The notes: generated from the letters alone by a model not told the origin. A DNA stretch of 64,000 nucleotides from Schizosaccharomyces osmophilus (GCF_027921745.1 NC_079238.1:2418001-2482000); one strand, 5' to 3'; positions 1 through 14,276 are shown, counted from the first letter of the stretch. Made by a program: numbers and translations.

Positions 1-1442
1 TTCGATGGGTAACTTTTTGACAATGAGAAACATAGCTTCTTGTCATCTAGAACTTGTACTCTATTTCGTTCACGTAAGCGTTCTGCATCTGAAGGAGACA
101 AATTCAACTGTTTAATCGCTTTTTCCATAATTTCTTTGTTTTCCATGATTTCATCGTTGAAGCGACGATGCTTAAGAAATGAGCCATCAGGTCTAAAGCT
201 AGAAGGCGAGAGCGATGGAAATTGTGAAGAAACAAGAGAAATTGCATCCCAATCAGCCAAATTTCGTAAGTCACCTTTCATGTTTGGTCCTAATTCTCCT
301 TTTTCTAATTTATTTTCCATAAGCTTCAACTCAAGGGATAAATTCAATCGAGGCTTGTCGGGTTCGGATTTTGAGAAATCATTAGTGGAATATAAAATTG
401 CACTACCAATATTATCAGGAGTCAAATAAGGAGAAACATCTGGATAAACTTTTTGAAAATTGAATTGAGAAGTAGACGGCTCTACAGCCTTAGGTGTTGA
501 TGAGTCACCGTTGGGTAGATTTTGTGATACTTCTTGACTCGGTTGATGAGGTTTTGATGATGACTTACTGCTTAATGTAGAAGCCGGATATACTTGACTG
601 GGCGGTTCATTAGGACGAACGTTACTATGTTCAAAAGACGGGGGTACTGACTCGTTCGTTACTCGATGTGGCCGATTAGGCCACAAAGGTACAGATTGGC
701 TATTCGCGATGCTAGGAACGGAAAATCTATTTGAAGCTGTCGCATGTATCTTAGCATCTAAAGGATCTGAAGGAAGTGAAGAAAAAGGTCCAGGACGGTG
801 AGATTTCTGATTTTCGGTAGAAGCGATATTTGTAGGATACGGTGGATTATTTGCTATACGATTTTCGAGAGGAAGCTGCTTTAATAGACTAGATTGATTA
901 TTCACCGAAGACTGTGGTAAATATGTAGGAGAAGCTGTATTCAATTCATGGTTTCCTGGAGACTTAAAAGGCACTTCATTTCCACTGCTATTGCCTGTTT
1001 TTACTGGTTTTCCAAATGAAGTCGGTACAGCAGTATTCGCAACAGGGTTTGATAGAAAAGTAGATGAATATCCATAATGTTCAATGGATGCTGTACTTTT
1101 ATTCCCCGCCAAAACAGATATGAATTTAAGCAATTGCCTAGAGTAAATTTCAACGGGTGGTGGATTTACAAAAAAACCAGTCTTCAAGACCTCCTGAAAC
1201 ATGTTATTAATCACGGAAATATCGTTTATTGGTCCTTTCATTCTTGTGGCCATCAACCATGGCCGTAGTATTTTGTATCCAGAAAAAATGTAATGAAGAA
1301 CACCAGGAGGAACTGATGTATTAAATTGCATTTTGAGTTCCATTGTAAGAAGATGATATACAGAAAAGAAGTATATCAATCTCCTTTGTTGGATTTCATG
1401 CAATGCTTTTGCACAATTGGGATCATCTTCCTGCATAATCAT
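1..1442 (-). CDS. clr1: SHREC complex scaffold Clr1, 5' part (gene runs off the window start)
   Basis: Minus-strand frame open from ATG 1442 (or 1436): MIMQEDDPNCAKAL...FQEVLKTGFFVNPPPVEIYSRQL, followed by S/P/N-rich sequence. Resembles the Clr1 N-terminus and sits next to mhf1 as in S. pombe. Start codon uncertain. Confidence 0.7.
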   Translation of the reverse strand, partial: MIMQEDDPNCAKALHEIQQRRLIYFFSVYHLLTMELKMQFNTSVPPGVLHYIFSGYKILRPWLMATRMKGPINDISVINNMFQEVLKTGFFVNPPPVEIYSRQLLKFISVLAGNKSTASIEHYGYSSTFLSNPVANTAVPTSFGKPVKTGNSSGNEVPFKSPGNHELNTASPTYLPQSSVNNQSSLLKQLPLENRIANNPPYPTNIASTENQKSHRPGPFSSLPSDPLDAKIHATASNRFSVPSIANSQSVPLWPNRPHRVTNESVPPSFEHSNVRPNEPPSQVYPASTLSSKSSSKPHQPSQEVSQNLPNGDSSTPKAVEPSTSQFNFQKVYPDVSPYLTPDNIGSAILYSTNDFSKSEPDKPRLNLSLELKLMENKLEKGELGPNMKGDLRNLADWDAISLVSSQFPSLSPSSFRPDGSFLKHRRFNDEIMENKEIMEKAIKQLNLSPSDAERLRERNRVQVLDDKKLCFSLSKSYPS

Positions 1443-2627
1443 TACCAACAGATTATATAGCGCCGTTGAGATGAGACAAAGCAATCAACAATAAGTGTCG
1501 AATGAAAAAAAAAATCATAGAAAAAGAGAATAAACATGGGACCAGCCCATATATAATACCTTTATGCCAAAGCAAATGACCTTGAACAAGGCGAAGAGAT
1601 AAAGTATAAAGTGCAACCGCCAGGAGAGGCGACTTGCAAGATTATATTGATTACTATACGAAGCTATATAATCATATAAACTGTTATTAGTATATTATAT
1701 AACTATAAAGAAATTAAATATTATAATTTGTAAACAAAGCAAAGATTATATAAAATTTAGAACTGCAACAAATAAACTTTAAATACAAAAATAGAATTGC
1801 GCTGTTGCTTTTAACAAGAATATAAAATTCAAAGAGAGTTGAGGCTTGGGACATTTGGCTGGTCTAAGCAGAAATGAATACTTTTCTGTATTCCCATTGA
1901 ATGAATTAAATTTCTGTACAGCACATCTTCTTATCCATGTAACAAAGTGACCCTAATCCACGAACGCTTGTTAGAAGGATTTAGATTATTGCTACATGAA
2001 AGACGTTTTGAATAACGGTTGAGATTCGTCTTTAAAAGTTAGAAATAACAACCACAATTATGTTGAAGGGTTAAACTATTTGCCGAATACTGAAGTTTAG
2101 ACTTAATTTAGTTGATCTTAACGTATGTATATATTAAAGAATATTTGTTTTTGTCTGAAGGCAGAACACGATTTCTATGAGTAGTATAAGCTAATAGAGA
2201 GATAATAAAGATCCATGAGTGTTTTTTAAACTAATATCATATCCCTCTTTGACTTGAACCCAAGTAACCAACCTGAGTACGATAAACAACTTTAAAACAA
2301 TAGGCATAGATAGACGCTCATACAACAGTTCCATGAATTACGGTTTTGAAGTATGTGATTACTTTCATAACGGAGATTCAAGTATCTCATACCTTCCATA
2401 TCTTTAATGCCTTACTGTGGTGATTGTATCTCTAGATGCTAAAGAATGATCACCTTTACAAGCATCAAAGCTGAATACCAAACATGCATTCCATTTTCCA
2501 ATATAGATATTCTTATTAAACTGTGCATTGATTAATACATAGCTGGATGCTCCAAACCGAGGAATGGATTATGTGGGTCATAAAAAATAGGAGAAGAAAC
2601 CTATCGGCAAAGATAGCAATACTACAA

Positions 2628-3059
2628 TTAAGGAGAATTTTCTTTCCTTTTCTTTCTCGACTTAATAATCTCTTTTTGGTAATCGTTCATCATTTCATGC
2701 AATCCTTCGTTACGTCGACAACACAAAACAACATCCTGAGGTTGAACAGTTTTACGACTAGCATGCCTAATCGATCATTATTAGTAATGAGATTTCAATA
2801 ATGGCTTCATGCAACTCACTCTGCGAAATCCTCAATGTCTTTGGCCAACACGCGAATCTGTTCCCAAACCATTTCAGTCACTCCAACGCAGAAAAGTTCG
2901 TCTACGATTACATTTCGAGATTCCGAGTCTCTTAATTCAGCAGCGGTATTATTACAAACTTGCTGTGTCACATGAAAGATTTCAGCCTTGAACCTTTCCT
3001 AAAATCGGTCTTAGTATAGTTTAGTTCTCCTCTAGTTCATAGATACTTACTTCTTCCAT
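2628..3059 (-). CDS. mhf1: CENP-S/MHF1 histone-fold protein (3 exons)
   Basis: ATG GAA GAA|GTAAGT...TAG|ERFKAEIFHVTQQVCNN...VWEQIRVLAKDIEDFA|GTGAGT...TAG|HASRKTVQPQDVVLCCRRNEGL...KENSP*. Not in the ORF track. Confidence 0.92.
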
Positions 3060-3334
3060 TACTCTTCTTGACTAAGGTTTTTCTTTTCTTGTGAAGTGTT
3101 AACTTCCAAGAGCACTTCTCAGTTACAATTATATGTAAGAGGTTAGAAGAAGGTCTATTGTCAGCGAATACCTAGACATGATCCAATAATACTTGAAACT
3201 CTTACTTAATTAACAGACAGAAGGAACTACTTCTCACTTTTTGGGCAATATAATATTAGATTTGAACACATAGTTATGTGTAAGAGCGAATGCTTATAAA
3301 AACTTCTCAACAAAAGACGAACACGCTAGAAGAA

Positions 3335-4135
3335 ATGGAAAAGCCTCTACTTGTATGTTTGAGAAAATTGGTATTTGTATAAAACAAGTGCAATTTTAAA
3401 AAATGGATTTCAGATTTACCTCCTTGGTAACTTAACCCATAACGAGTTCAAATGATTGACTTTCTTTTAGGTTTTTGGTCTTGGAAACCCAGGGTCAGCC
3501 TTTACAAAATCCAGACACTCACTAGGAAAGCTTCTGGTTCAAATGTATGCTGAGAGAATGAATTTCCCTAAAGGTTGGCCTTCTACTAGGGACAACATTA
3601 CACTTTACCCGTCAAAAAATTATATGAACGAGTCTGGAAAGCTATTAGGCAAAGTGCAATCTCAATACCTCAGTAGTCTACCTCCAATGGAAAAGGCCAG
3701 GGCTTCCTGTATAGTCGTGCACGATGAATTAGAGCTAGATCTAGGAAAACTTCGTTACCGCATAGGTGGATCGCATAAGTAAGTTCTGAGTTATCCGGCT
3801 GGAAATAAGACTGACAAAAATAACATTAGAGGACACAATGGAGTTCGTTCCTGCCAGGCAGTTTTGGGAAAGGAGGTAAGGAATGCAATAAGCCAATTCT
3901 GCAACAAAACTAACTGACGAGCTAGGGGTTTCACAGAATAAGTGTGGGAATCGGTCGCTGCGAATCGAGGTCGAGTCAGGAAGTGGCTCAGTTTGTTTTA
4001 GGAAAATTTAAACCAAACGAGATGAAGGTCGTAGAAACAAAAGTGTTTGAGGAATTCTCTTCATTGCTTAACCAAATTCGTGTCGAAACGAATGAGCCCT
4101 CTTTTGATAATCAAAGCAATAAGAAAAGAAGTTAA
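3335..4135 (+). CDS. pth1: Mitochondrial peptidyl-tRNA hydrolase (4 exons)
   Basis: MEKPLL|VFGLGNPG...SRHSLG, YMNESG, VVHDELEL, GGSHK|GHNGVRS, IGIGR-like motif; canonical GT-AG introns. Confidence 0.9.
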
Positions 4136-4757
4136 GCAGGGACTAACTTTTCCTAAAAATCTAATAGCTGTTTCCAAAAATTAGGCGGCTTTATAATGTA
4201 CTTCTTAGTTTTTCTGAATGAGCTTTGAGGAAGCATATTTACTAAGTTTATTATGCAGGTTAGCCCGACCCATTAATTTATTGGTTTGTCGTTTCCATTC
4301 TTTTTTGAAATAGATGAAATATTTCCACTTAATGCCCTTTTAGAGAAACTTTGGATTCACAAACTCATGAATTCATCGAATAACTTTATTCATAACCTTA
4401 GATATAATTTTTTGAAAAAAATTAATATAAATTACAGTAGTTTAATACTTTTAGTAAGACCTCATAGAGTTGATTTTTTATGGCATTATTGTCCCAGCTT
4501 TTATGATCATTTATTGAACATTTTTATCTTACTATGTTTTGTAAATGTTTATTCTAAAATAAAAGAACATCAATATTTGCATCCTTGTCATTCCAGGTTA
4601 CCATACTACTTCACAAGAATCTCTGCACGCATGCTCAATTTGTATACACCACTGGATCAACACAACTATATCCAACAAAACCCACAAAATTGTCAAAAGT
4701 TAAAGTGCTAAAAGGGAAACAAAGGTTAAATAAGATTAAAAACTGAAAGCTACTGCT

Positions 4758-7700
4758 ATGAGTCATGTACAGCTATCAGTAGGCTCGTAAGTTGATGTTT
4801 GTTTGTATGCTCAGTCAGTATATTAACATGTTATTGAAAGGGAATGCTGGGTATCAAATGATGAAGGATGCTGGGATCCTGCAGACATAATTGATTTAAA
4901 AGATAATGGAGGAGGTAAATGCGTCGCTACTGTCAAGAAGCCCAATGGAGAGTTGGACGCAACCAAATATCAATCTTTACAGCCGAGGAATCCAAGCGTT
5001 AATGAAGCACCTATAGACTTAACTACCTTAACGTATTTGAATGAACCGTCGGTCCTTCAAGCATTGAGGTATCGATACGAAAATCAAAATATTTATACAT
5101 TTTCAGGCATAGTCCTTGTGTCTGTGAATCCATACCGACTACTTTCAGGACTCTACAATGAATCCGTTATTAAACGATATCACGAAAATCAGGAGTGTAC
5201 GAAAGAACCACATCTATATTCCATCGCCAGTGCATGCTATAGTGCTTTAACTAATGACAATGAAAATCAAACAATTATTGTCTCGGGTGAGTCAGGTGCT
5301 GGTAAAACTGTAGCAGCCAGATATATTATGCGATACTTGACTTCTGTACAGGCTTTGGACAAGACCAGTTCGAAACGGTCAGTAGAAAATCAGGTACTTG
5401 CTACGAATCCAATTATGGAAGCCTTCGGAAATGCAAAAACCATTCGTAATGATAACTCTTCAAGGTTTGGTAAATACGTGACGATATCATTCAACGAAGA
5501 GGCGGCTATAACAGGAGCGAATGTAAGTACATATCTCTTGGAAAGATCTCGTGTTACATCTTCTCCTCTTGGTGAACGGAATTACCATATATTTTACCAA
5601 TTACTTGCAGGATGTACGAATGAACAAAGAGAAAGGTGGTATTTGGGAGTACCTTCCGAGTTTAAATATTTATCACAGGGAAACTGCATCAATGTAGAAG
5701 GTGTCAATGACAATGACGAGTTCACTACAACAGCGAGTGCCCTTTCCACTGTTGGAATTTTAGAAAATCAGCAAGAGGAGGTTTATAAGTTACTTGCCGC
5801 ATTACTGCATCTCGGTAATATTGCCATCGTTACCAGTCGTAGCGAAGCTACAATCAAAAGTGATGATAAATATTTATGTTATGCTTCTCAACTTTTAGGA
5901 GTTAATCCTTCTCAGTTAGCCAAATTGTTGTCCAAAAAGATGTTAAAGACTCGGTCGGAAACGATAGTAACCTCAGCTTCCTACGAACATGTGCTTAGCA
6001 CTAGAGATTCGGTAGCTAAATATCTTTATTCGACGTTATTTTCATGGGTTGTACATATGATCAATGCATCATTAGATCACTCAAAGGTGAAAAGATCTGC
6101 ATCAAAGCATATCGGTGTTGTTGACATCTATGGTTTTGAACATTTTGAGAGGAACTCTTTGGAGCAATTTTGCATCAATTACGCAAACGAAAAGCTTCAG
6201 CAGGAATTCAACAAGCATGTTTTCAAACTCGAACAAGAGGAGTATTTTAGGGAAGGTCTTGACTGGAGGCTTATTGATTATGCTGATAACCAAGGCTGTA
6301 TTTCTTTAATTGAGGATAACCTTGGAGTATTATCTTTGCTAGATGAAGAATGCAGACTTCCTTCTGGAACAGATGAATCCTTTTTACAAAAATTAAACAA
6401 TCAAACTCCTCAAAAGCATCCACTTTTCTACAAAAAATCACGCTTCAGTGATGGGTCTTTTACAATCAAGCACTACGCTTCTGATGTTACCTATCAGGCT
6501 CATGATTTCTTAGCCAAAAACTCGGATTCCCTACCGGTTGAAATTATAAATATATTGAAGTCATCTGAAAACCAGTTTGTAGCCTATCTTTTGGACTATG
6601 GGAGTCAATCCGTTGACGCTCAAAATAGTGCTACAAAAAAGAGGATTAATAATAAAAAGCCATCACTAACATCAATGTTCAGAACATCGCTGTCGCATTT
6701 AATGCATACTATCTCAGCTACGAATGTGCATTACATTAGGTGCATAAAGCCAAATGAGGAAAAAACATCTTGGTCTTTTTCCGCACCTCTAGTTTTGAGT
6801 CAATTGCGGGCGTGCGGTGTTTTTGAGACAATTCGTATTTCCTCTTTAGGATTTCCAAAAAGGTTTTTCTACGATGAATTTACTAAACGATTCCGAGCAC
6901 TCGTATCTGCTCGAGACTGGGATCAGGATTCTAAAAAGCTTTCTTTACAGATTATATCTACTGTACTACCAACTACTAATAGCGATGATTATTTTCAATT
7001 TGGCAAATCAAAAATCTTCTTTCGGTCGGGCGTAATAGGACTATACGAGGCTCGCCGTCGAGAAGTATGCAGCAAATCTGTGACATTATTACAGTCCGCC
7101 ATTAGAGGATCCAATGCTCGAAAAAAGTACCAGAAGATAATAGAGTATATCATAGGTATTCAATCCCTATCTAGGGGAAAATTGGTGAGAGAACGCTTCG
7201 AAAGAAGAAAAAAAGAAATGGCTGCTATTATGATTCAAAATATTTGGAGAACCTATTCCCAAAGGAAAAAATTCATTGCTTTCAAGAGGTTAATCACAAG
7301 TTATCAAGCCATTGGACGTGGTTATTTACTCAGGATAAACTATGACAGATTACTTCGTAAATATGCAGGTTCCGTAGTTGTAATGAACTGGAGATCTTAT
7401 CATGCCAGAACTACGTTCCGAAATTATAAGATGTCAATTATTGGTTTTCAATGTATTGTTCGATCGGTCTTAACTCGCCGTTATTTACGCCAGTTGAAAG
7501 ACACGGCGGGGAGGTCTACCATTTTGTTGGAAAAAAGGAAAAAGCTCAGAAAGTCTGTTGATGAAGGATCTTCGATGTTAGAAAATGCTACCAAGGAAGT
7601 GGTTGGTTTACGAAATAAACTCTCTGAGATGACTAAATCACTCAAACGATGGAAAAACCTATTTGCTGATCCTGAATTAAAAAATGGTAGCAATTCTGAT

Positions 7701-9253
7701 AATCATAAGCAGGTGAGTGAGCACTCACAAATCTCAGAACTCTTGCACGGGGAAATAAAGTTACGACAAGCAGCTCTACAACTTTCAGCTGCCGCGTCGA
7801 AATCCGACACAGTGTTCATAAAATCTCAACTTGCTCGTGATAATCTTAATGCTTACTTCAATGTCCTTAAGAAAACTGCATCCATGAAGTCCGATTATGA
7901 TACTAAAGGCCTGAACTCGCGCAACATATTTTATACTCGAGAGCAATATCTCAAATATCATTCCACACTAACGTTCCTTCCTGGTCATGATTGGAAGAAT
8001 GCCGAAGAAAGATATAACCTAAAAGGGCTTGAGACATCGTTGAAGTCGAAGCTGCTGCATTGTAAAAAAGACATCCAATCAACCTTGGTCTCAGATGGGT
8101 TTCTTGCTGTTTTAGAGCGCTATAACAAGAAGTATATCGAAAATCAATCGGTGGGAGATTCGCTAGTGTTTGGGGGAATTATTAACTTTTTAATTTACTC
8201 TGGTTGTATTTACTCCCTGAAAGAAGAACTTGATGTCTTTATTTTGAAGTTGAGTGGTTGCATATCTTCCATTGCTGAATTGTCTGATCCTTGTTTGTAC
8301 GACCCAAATACGTCTACTAAATTCCAGGTAGAATATTCTGCATTTTGGCTTTCAAACATTCATGAAGTTCGTTCTTTTATCACATATTTGCAATCTCTTT
8401 GCGAAAAAGACCTTTTTACTCGAAAAGATGAAACTTACTGGAATGGTTCGTTTTCAAAGCTTTCCAAAATCATGCTAGAAGCCGAAGGATCACTTTTCCT
8501 TTATTTACGAAAATCCGCTAGTGATTTTATAAAAGACTCTTCCGAGGCTATATTATGTTCACGACTTCTTGCTGATCTCCTGGATACAAACATTGAAATG
8601 GAGAAACCCCCTAAATCAAATATGCATCTACTGATTGAAAAACTTAATTATGCGTATGATCTTATATATAAATCATCTCTACAAGAAGCTCCTTTAAAAG
8701 AAATAACAACCTTAATCTTGCAAGATATTGGAGAGAAAGCCTTTTCAAAGTTAATTAACGGGTAAGTTTATGCTAAAGAAAATTAATTTACTAACCTTTT
8801 AGATGCACATGCTACACGTGGAAAGATGGCTCTCAAATATCATACAACACTTCTCTCCTTATAAATTGGTGTCATCAAAAAGGACTGAGTTATAGTAATA
8901 CTTCACTCCTTCCTTTAATGCAATCTTCTCTGCTTTTCTCTTTGCGTAAAAAAGACGAACAAGATTTCAAAATTATTCTTTCCGTTTGCAATTTGCTCTC
9001 TCCTTACGAGATCATTTGCTTGCTCGATCATTATCGTCCTAGTACGGGGGAAGAGCAATTACCGAAGGCTTTTCTAAAAGCTGTTGAGCAAGCTGCACGC
9101 ATCGTTAAACCTGGTGAAATTAGAAGAAGAATCAATTCTGTTGGTTTTATACCGGCTTCCTCTAATTTTTTAGTTTTACTAGAGGAAAATCGAATCTATG
9201 ATGAACTCCAACTCTCCGGAATGATTAAAGAAATGAAGCAGAACATAGCATGA
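4758..9253 (+). CDS. myo51: Type V myosin Myo51 (3 exons)
   Basis: P-loop GESGAGKT, NDNSSRFGK, DIYGFE, IQ repeats, short coiled coil and DIL-like tail. Exon 1 is MSHVQLSVGS|GTAAGT; last intron is at about 8763-8802. Confidence 0.95.
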
Positions 9254-9388
9254 TCTCTAGAAAGAGTTTAACTTAATTTAATCTTTACGTTCGTTACGTC
9301 CATAATAAATACATTAATGGATATTCACTGACGAAATAGTATGTTCCTATAAAAATATTAAATTCGAACCAATTATAGGTACAGGATA

Positions 9389-10911
9389 TTAAGAAAGAAG
9401 CTTCAGCATTCCTAGAACCTGTTGCAAGCGAATTTTTGCTTCCAAAAGTGGATGAACTTTGCTTTGTATTTTTTCGTCTAAGAATGGAGGTAAGTTACTA
9501 TCTCCATAGCTTGCTTTTGCAGTCGTTGTTGACGATGAATGTAGTCCCAATTCATTGTAATCTTCAAACAAAATCAATTTCATCTTTTCCAACGGTTCAT
9601 CAGACACCGGAAAATAAGGTTGTAACTCCAGAAGAGACAATGACAGGGTTTTAAGCCGTCGTTGATCTATGAAATTACAAGAAGGCAAGTGCTCTAAAAT
9701 GTGAATAAGCAGGGTCTTTAAACTAGGCAAATAAATATTTGCCTTCGATAATGAGGTTTTGTGTTCGATGATATTTTTGTTGCAAGATATAGTTTGAGCT
9801 ATTAGCCAGGTGATATAATGAATAAAAATTCTGTGTAAAGACTCATTGGATCGAAAAATAGACCGACTTCGTAGATTACAAATAATCGAAGAAAGACAAT
9901 ATAGCTCATGCCCGTTCAAGCTTTTTGAAGTGGAAATGTCAGAGTTGAAAAATTGAGAAATTAACCTTTTCAATGTTGATCGGCTGGAGCGGAAGGTATC
10001 TAGTTTTTTAGATTGCCTTAGTAAGAGATCACTCAAGACAGCGAGTAAGGTTAATGTTTCGGAAGGAGAGTGAAAACCATTGTCGTAAGCTGTTTTATAG
10101 AATTTATCCAACTGCCCTAATAAATTCACTAAAGCTGCTTTCGGGGGTATCTCTGATGCTAAAGCAATTGAAAACCAATAAACGGATATGACTGTGTATC
10201 CTTTTACAGCCCAAATGACTGCCATCTGGTTGCAGTGCATACCTATCTCAGGGAACGTCTGATGAGCTAAATGATAATATTTTAGAGCTCTCTCATAAGC
10301 AGCAGGCCTATTCAAAAGAATGGAGAAATACCTGGCAATATCACCCAGATAAATAAAGCATTGATATATACATTCCAAAGCCTCTGTATGATTTTTAGAA
10401 AACGATGCCGGACTTAAATGAGTTTGACTCTTGCAAGATAATGCAACACCTGTGTGTTCCCAAAGCCAATTTTGCAAAAATGGCTTAAATTGAAAGACGG
10501 AAGAACCGATAATTACTTCGTTTATACATGCTTCGTAGAACACAGTACAAGAACTTAGAAATTTTGTCAGTTGCTTCTTAAGAAGTTTTCTTTCAACAAC
10601 ATGCTTCTTGTTGATCTGTAGAGGTATTAATAAAATATTATATGCCAATGATCACATACCAATTTCAAAACTTTTTTAAAATGCTGCGTTACTTTATAAT
10701 GACAATGAGCCCATGCAACAGTGTCTGCGCGGTAGACAGTGTCAGGACTTTCTTTGAGCGTTCTCAATAAATCATGCTCGAATTTTCTTGAAATAGTGCA
10801 AATTTCATTATATTGAATATTCAGAGGGTATATATGCAGAACATTATCCAAAGCATAAACAAGGGTCTTCTGATGTCTTGTTAGACGCATATGATCGCTA
10901 AAGGTAATCAT
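9389..10911 (-). CDS. est1: Telomerase subunit Est1 (2 exons)
   Basis: EST1/14-3-3-like motifs WAHCHYKV, CFIYLGDIARY, GMHCNQMAVI. A short GTATGT...CAG intron joins the ORFs at 10627-10911 and 9389-10648. Syntenic. Confidence 0.88.
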
Positions 10912-11292
10912 GCATTTATTTATCTAATTTGAAAAAAGCACATTCTGTGGTAATCAATGCGTTGGTAGTGGTACAAAAAGCGATGTGTAAAAGACAGTAG
11001 TCGACTTTAGAACGGCAATGGGTAAGTTCATACGAAGTTAAAAAAAAAAAAAAATAGAGAATTAAAAACGATTGGACCTAGTTCTACAGGGCTATGATTA
11101 TGAAGTTTAATTACAATGCAAAGCGTTTATTGCGTTCATTTACGAATTCAAGAGTCATGAAACGAACAAATACTTTATATATATTATCAAGAATGTCATT
11201 GTAGGTATTACTTAACACATCACACGAGATAATGATCTTCATATTTTTTATACCAACCCATCAATGATCAAAGACTATGTACACAAGAATTT

Positions 11293-12583
11293 TTATGCAT
11301 CACCGTCAGATTCGTGACCATGCTCAAAAAGGTAATTGGCAGCCAACTAAAAGGGTTAGATATATGCTTGAAGAAATAAAAAACTTACCTCCTCATTCTT
11401 ATCGCAAGCGAGGTAGGCTTGAATCACTATATTTCTATCAAAACCGAGTTGAGTTAACTTTACTAGGTTAGCAACATATTTTGGAAAACAAAGACGACAT
11501 ACTCTATCAATGGCCTGCGATTCTTCGGGAGTGACTTCAATTTGAATGCCACCAGAAGGAAAAGGAGATTCTCCATCACCGCCTTCAGCTAACAATTGAA
11601 GAAAAGCTTCGGGGTTTTGAGTGATAGCCTGAGCAAGGGCGGGGTCACCTTGACCAATCTGTTGTAAAATAGTTTCGAGCATTTGAGGGTTTTGTTGGAC
11701 AATTTGACGAAGTTGCTGAAATTGTGGGATATTTCGAAGGAAGCCCAAAGGATCACCAGCTGTGTTAGGAGCAGGTTGTTCCTCCTCATTGGACATAGCA
11801 GCAGCTTGTTCAAAAAGATTTCCAGATCCAGGAGAAGCAGTAGGAGCATCTGCGGCAGGTTGTTGTTGTTGCTCAGCAGCAGCAGCAGCTTGTTCTTGAG
11901 CTTGACTGGTTAAGATATTGTCTGGAATACCAGTCAACAAGTATTCAACAGCACGATCAGGATTGTTGAATGCAGCACGCATGGCACGCTCAACTTGACT
12001 ACGTTCATATCCCATTTCAACCATGTTCTCGACAGCAACATTTCTTTGTGCACCAACAGCCAAAAGATTGGAGTCCAAAGGTGTAGCAGATGTATCAACG
12101 GCCGGGGTAGAAGAAGGGGCAGGGGCTTGAGCTGCAGGTGCAGGTGCAGGTGCAGGGCTTTCAGCAGTTTGTTGAGGAGTACTAGTAGTAACCGGAGGAG
12201 CAGGGGTACTAGTCGTAGTGGCAGTAGGAGTCGACTTTTGTGAGGTAGATGATGAGGGCTTGGGGCGAGCAACCATGCAAACAACAAAATCTTGCTCCTT
12301 TATGTTGTAATCACCAACGGTTTTTTCATCGGCCAAGATGCGACCTTTACCATTCGTTAGCATCCTTGTTAAAAAAAAAAGCCCATGATGTTGTAACTTA
12401 CCAGAATAAATTAATTTTTGTCTTTCAACTTCATAATTTTGCTGATTTTGAATGCGTTCTTTCAACTCTGAAATCTAGACTTGTTAGACGACAACCTTCC
12501 CAAAAAGCGCATACCTTTGTTTCTGAGGAAACATCAGAGATTACAAATTTTTGCTGTTGCAAATTCTTGAATGTCAGATTCAT
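11293..12583 (-). CDS. rhp23: Rad23 homolog, UBL-UBA proteasome shuttle and NER factor (multi-exon)
   Basis: [16 protein letters not shown] start, [41 protein letters not shown]-binding region, second UBA ending [17 protein letters not shown]. Confidence 0.95.
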
Positions 12584-13136
12584 TTTCAATCTACTACAGC
12601 TCTATTGTCGTAATGGTAAAAGGCAACTTACAAAACGTATACATTTCCCTTAGGTAGCAAATCACCGTAGAAAGTAACAGTAATACAATACCTCCATGGA
12701 CGTTAATTATAGATAGGTAAAGAGGTTTCCTATAATTATATAGCTGAAAACTAGTCGGGGAGTACAGAAATAAAACATTTTCATTCATTTGAGTCTATCC
12801 TTGGAAAGAAACCTACGTTTTAGGCAAATGCATAGTCAATTGGGAGCTTTCTCGTTGTCGGCCATATTTATCCTCATAACAGATTGCAAAATTTCAGTCT
12901 CCTAATAAATGACAGTAAGATGGATCACTCGATTTCTTACGAAAAAGAAACAAAAATGAATGAATCAGTTTCACTTCTTTTCTAAAACACCTTGAAACCG
13001 ACTTTAAAAGGATGCAATAGGTGCATTGTTATAACGAGGTTTCGATATCATATAACGAATAGAATAGCTATTAAGGCAAAAGTTTTAAACAAACCAGCAC
13101 CAACTACCTTGTTTAAGTAAATTAACAATTAAAAAG

Positions 13137-14276
13137 ATGTCAGATTCAAGCATAGAGATGAAGGACGCGATGCCTCTTCAGACACCTCAAAACACACCTT
13201 CGGCTGGCTTCAATTTAAGCAAAAGTACTTTGGAAAAGGCCAGAGAGGATTTGGCCACGAAGAAAGAAGACGATTCTGTCCAAAATCAGGTCCAGGGCTT
13301 AATCTCTAATAACCCGGCCATGCTTTCCATGATTCAGGGACGTTTAAGCACTTTGGTAGGCAAATCATCTGGATACGTTGAAAGTCTACCAGCAAATGTG
13401 CATGCTCGAATTTACGCATTAAAGGGATTGCAGAATGATAGTGAGAGCATTCAAGTTGAGTATCGTGAAAAAATGTTGGAATTGGAAAGAAAATTTGAAA
13501 AGATGTATGATCCTTTGTTTTCGAGACGGGCTGAAATTGTTCAGGGTATCTCAGAGGCCAAGCCTGAAGAACTCGATCAAGAATTCGAGGTGATGAAAAA
13601 CAATAACCGAGATGTAAAGGGTATTCCCAATTTTTGGCTCACTTGTTTGCAAAACGTCTATCTCGTGGCCGAAATGATTAGTAGCCGCGATGTAGCTGCT
13701 CTGGAATCCCTTAAAGATATTCGCTTCTCGAATTTATCTGAAGGACAAAAAGGCTATCGATTGGAGTTTGACTTCGCTCCTAATGACTATTTTTCCAACA
13801 ATGTGTTGACGAAGACTTATTATTACAAGCAAGAATTAAGTCCTACTGGTGAGTTTTTATATGATCGGGCAGAGGGAGATGAAATTGAATGGAAGCGACC
13901 TGACTGCAATTTAACCGTTGAGGTTGAAACAAAGAAGCAACGTAACAAGCGAACCAAGCAAACTCGTATGGTCCGTAGTACAGTTCCTGCCGATAGTTTC
14001 TTTACCTTTTTTGTCCCTCCTCAAGTCAACGAAGAGGAATCTGACTCTGAGGATGGATTTGAGGACAAGACTGAATTGATGGAATTGGATTATCAGCTAG
14101 GTGAAATCTTTAAGGACCAAATTATCCCCCTTGCAGTTGAATGTTATTTAGGAAATGTTGAAGGTGATGAATTTGAAGATGATGAAGACGAAGATGAATT
14201 TAGCGACGAGAATAGTCAAGCTTTTGACGAGTCCTCAGACGAAGACGCAGTTTTGAGCAGTGGACTCAGCGATTAA
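13137..14276 (+). CDS. nap2: Nucleosome assembly protein (NAP family histone chaperone)
   Basis: KGIPNFWLT, FAPNDYFSNNVLTKTYY, DSFFTFF and an acidic tail; syntenic position. Confidence 0.9.
   Translation: MSDSSIEMKDAMPLQTPQNTPSAGFNLSKSTLEKAREDLATKKEDDSVQNQVQGLISNNPAMLSMIQGRLSTLVGKSSGYVESLPANVHARIYALKGLQNDSESIQVEYREKMLELERKFEKMYDPLFSRRAEIVQGISEAKPEELDQEFEVMKNNNRDVKGIPNFWLTCLQNVYLVAEMISSRDVAALESLKDIRFSNLSEGQKGYRLEFDFAPNDYFSNNVLTKTYYYKQELSPTGEFLYDRAEGDEIEWKRPDCNLTVEVETKKQRNKRTKQTRMVRSTVPADSFFTFFVPPQVNEEESDSEDGFEDKTELMELDYQLGEIFKDQIIPLAVECYLGNVEGDEFEDDEDEDEFSDENSQAFDESSDEDAVLSSGLSD

Noticed and set aside
3159..3175. TGTCAGCGAATAC, resembling the start of a Tf LTR
   Set aside because: Only a short match inside a roughly 275-bp divergent promoter; no LTR body or terminal signature.
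4286..4711. 141-aa ORF between pth1 and myo51
   Set aside because: TTG start, composition typical of AT-rich intergenic DNA, no motifs.
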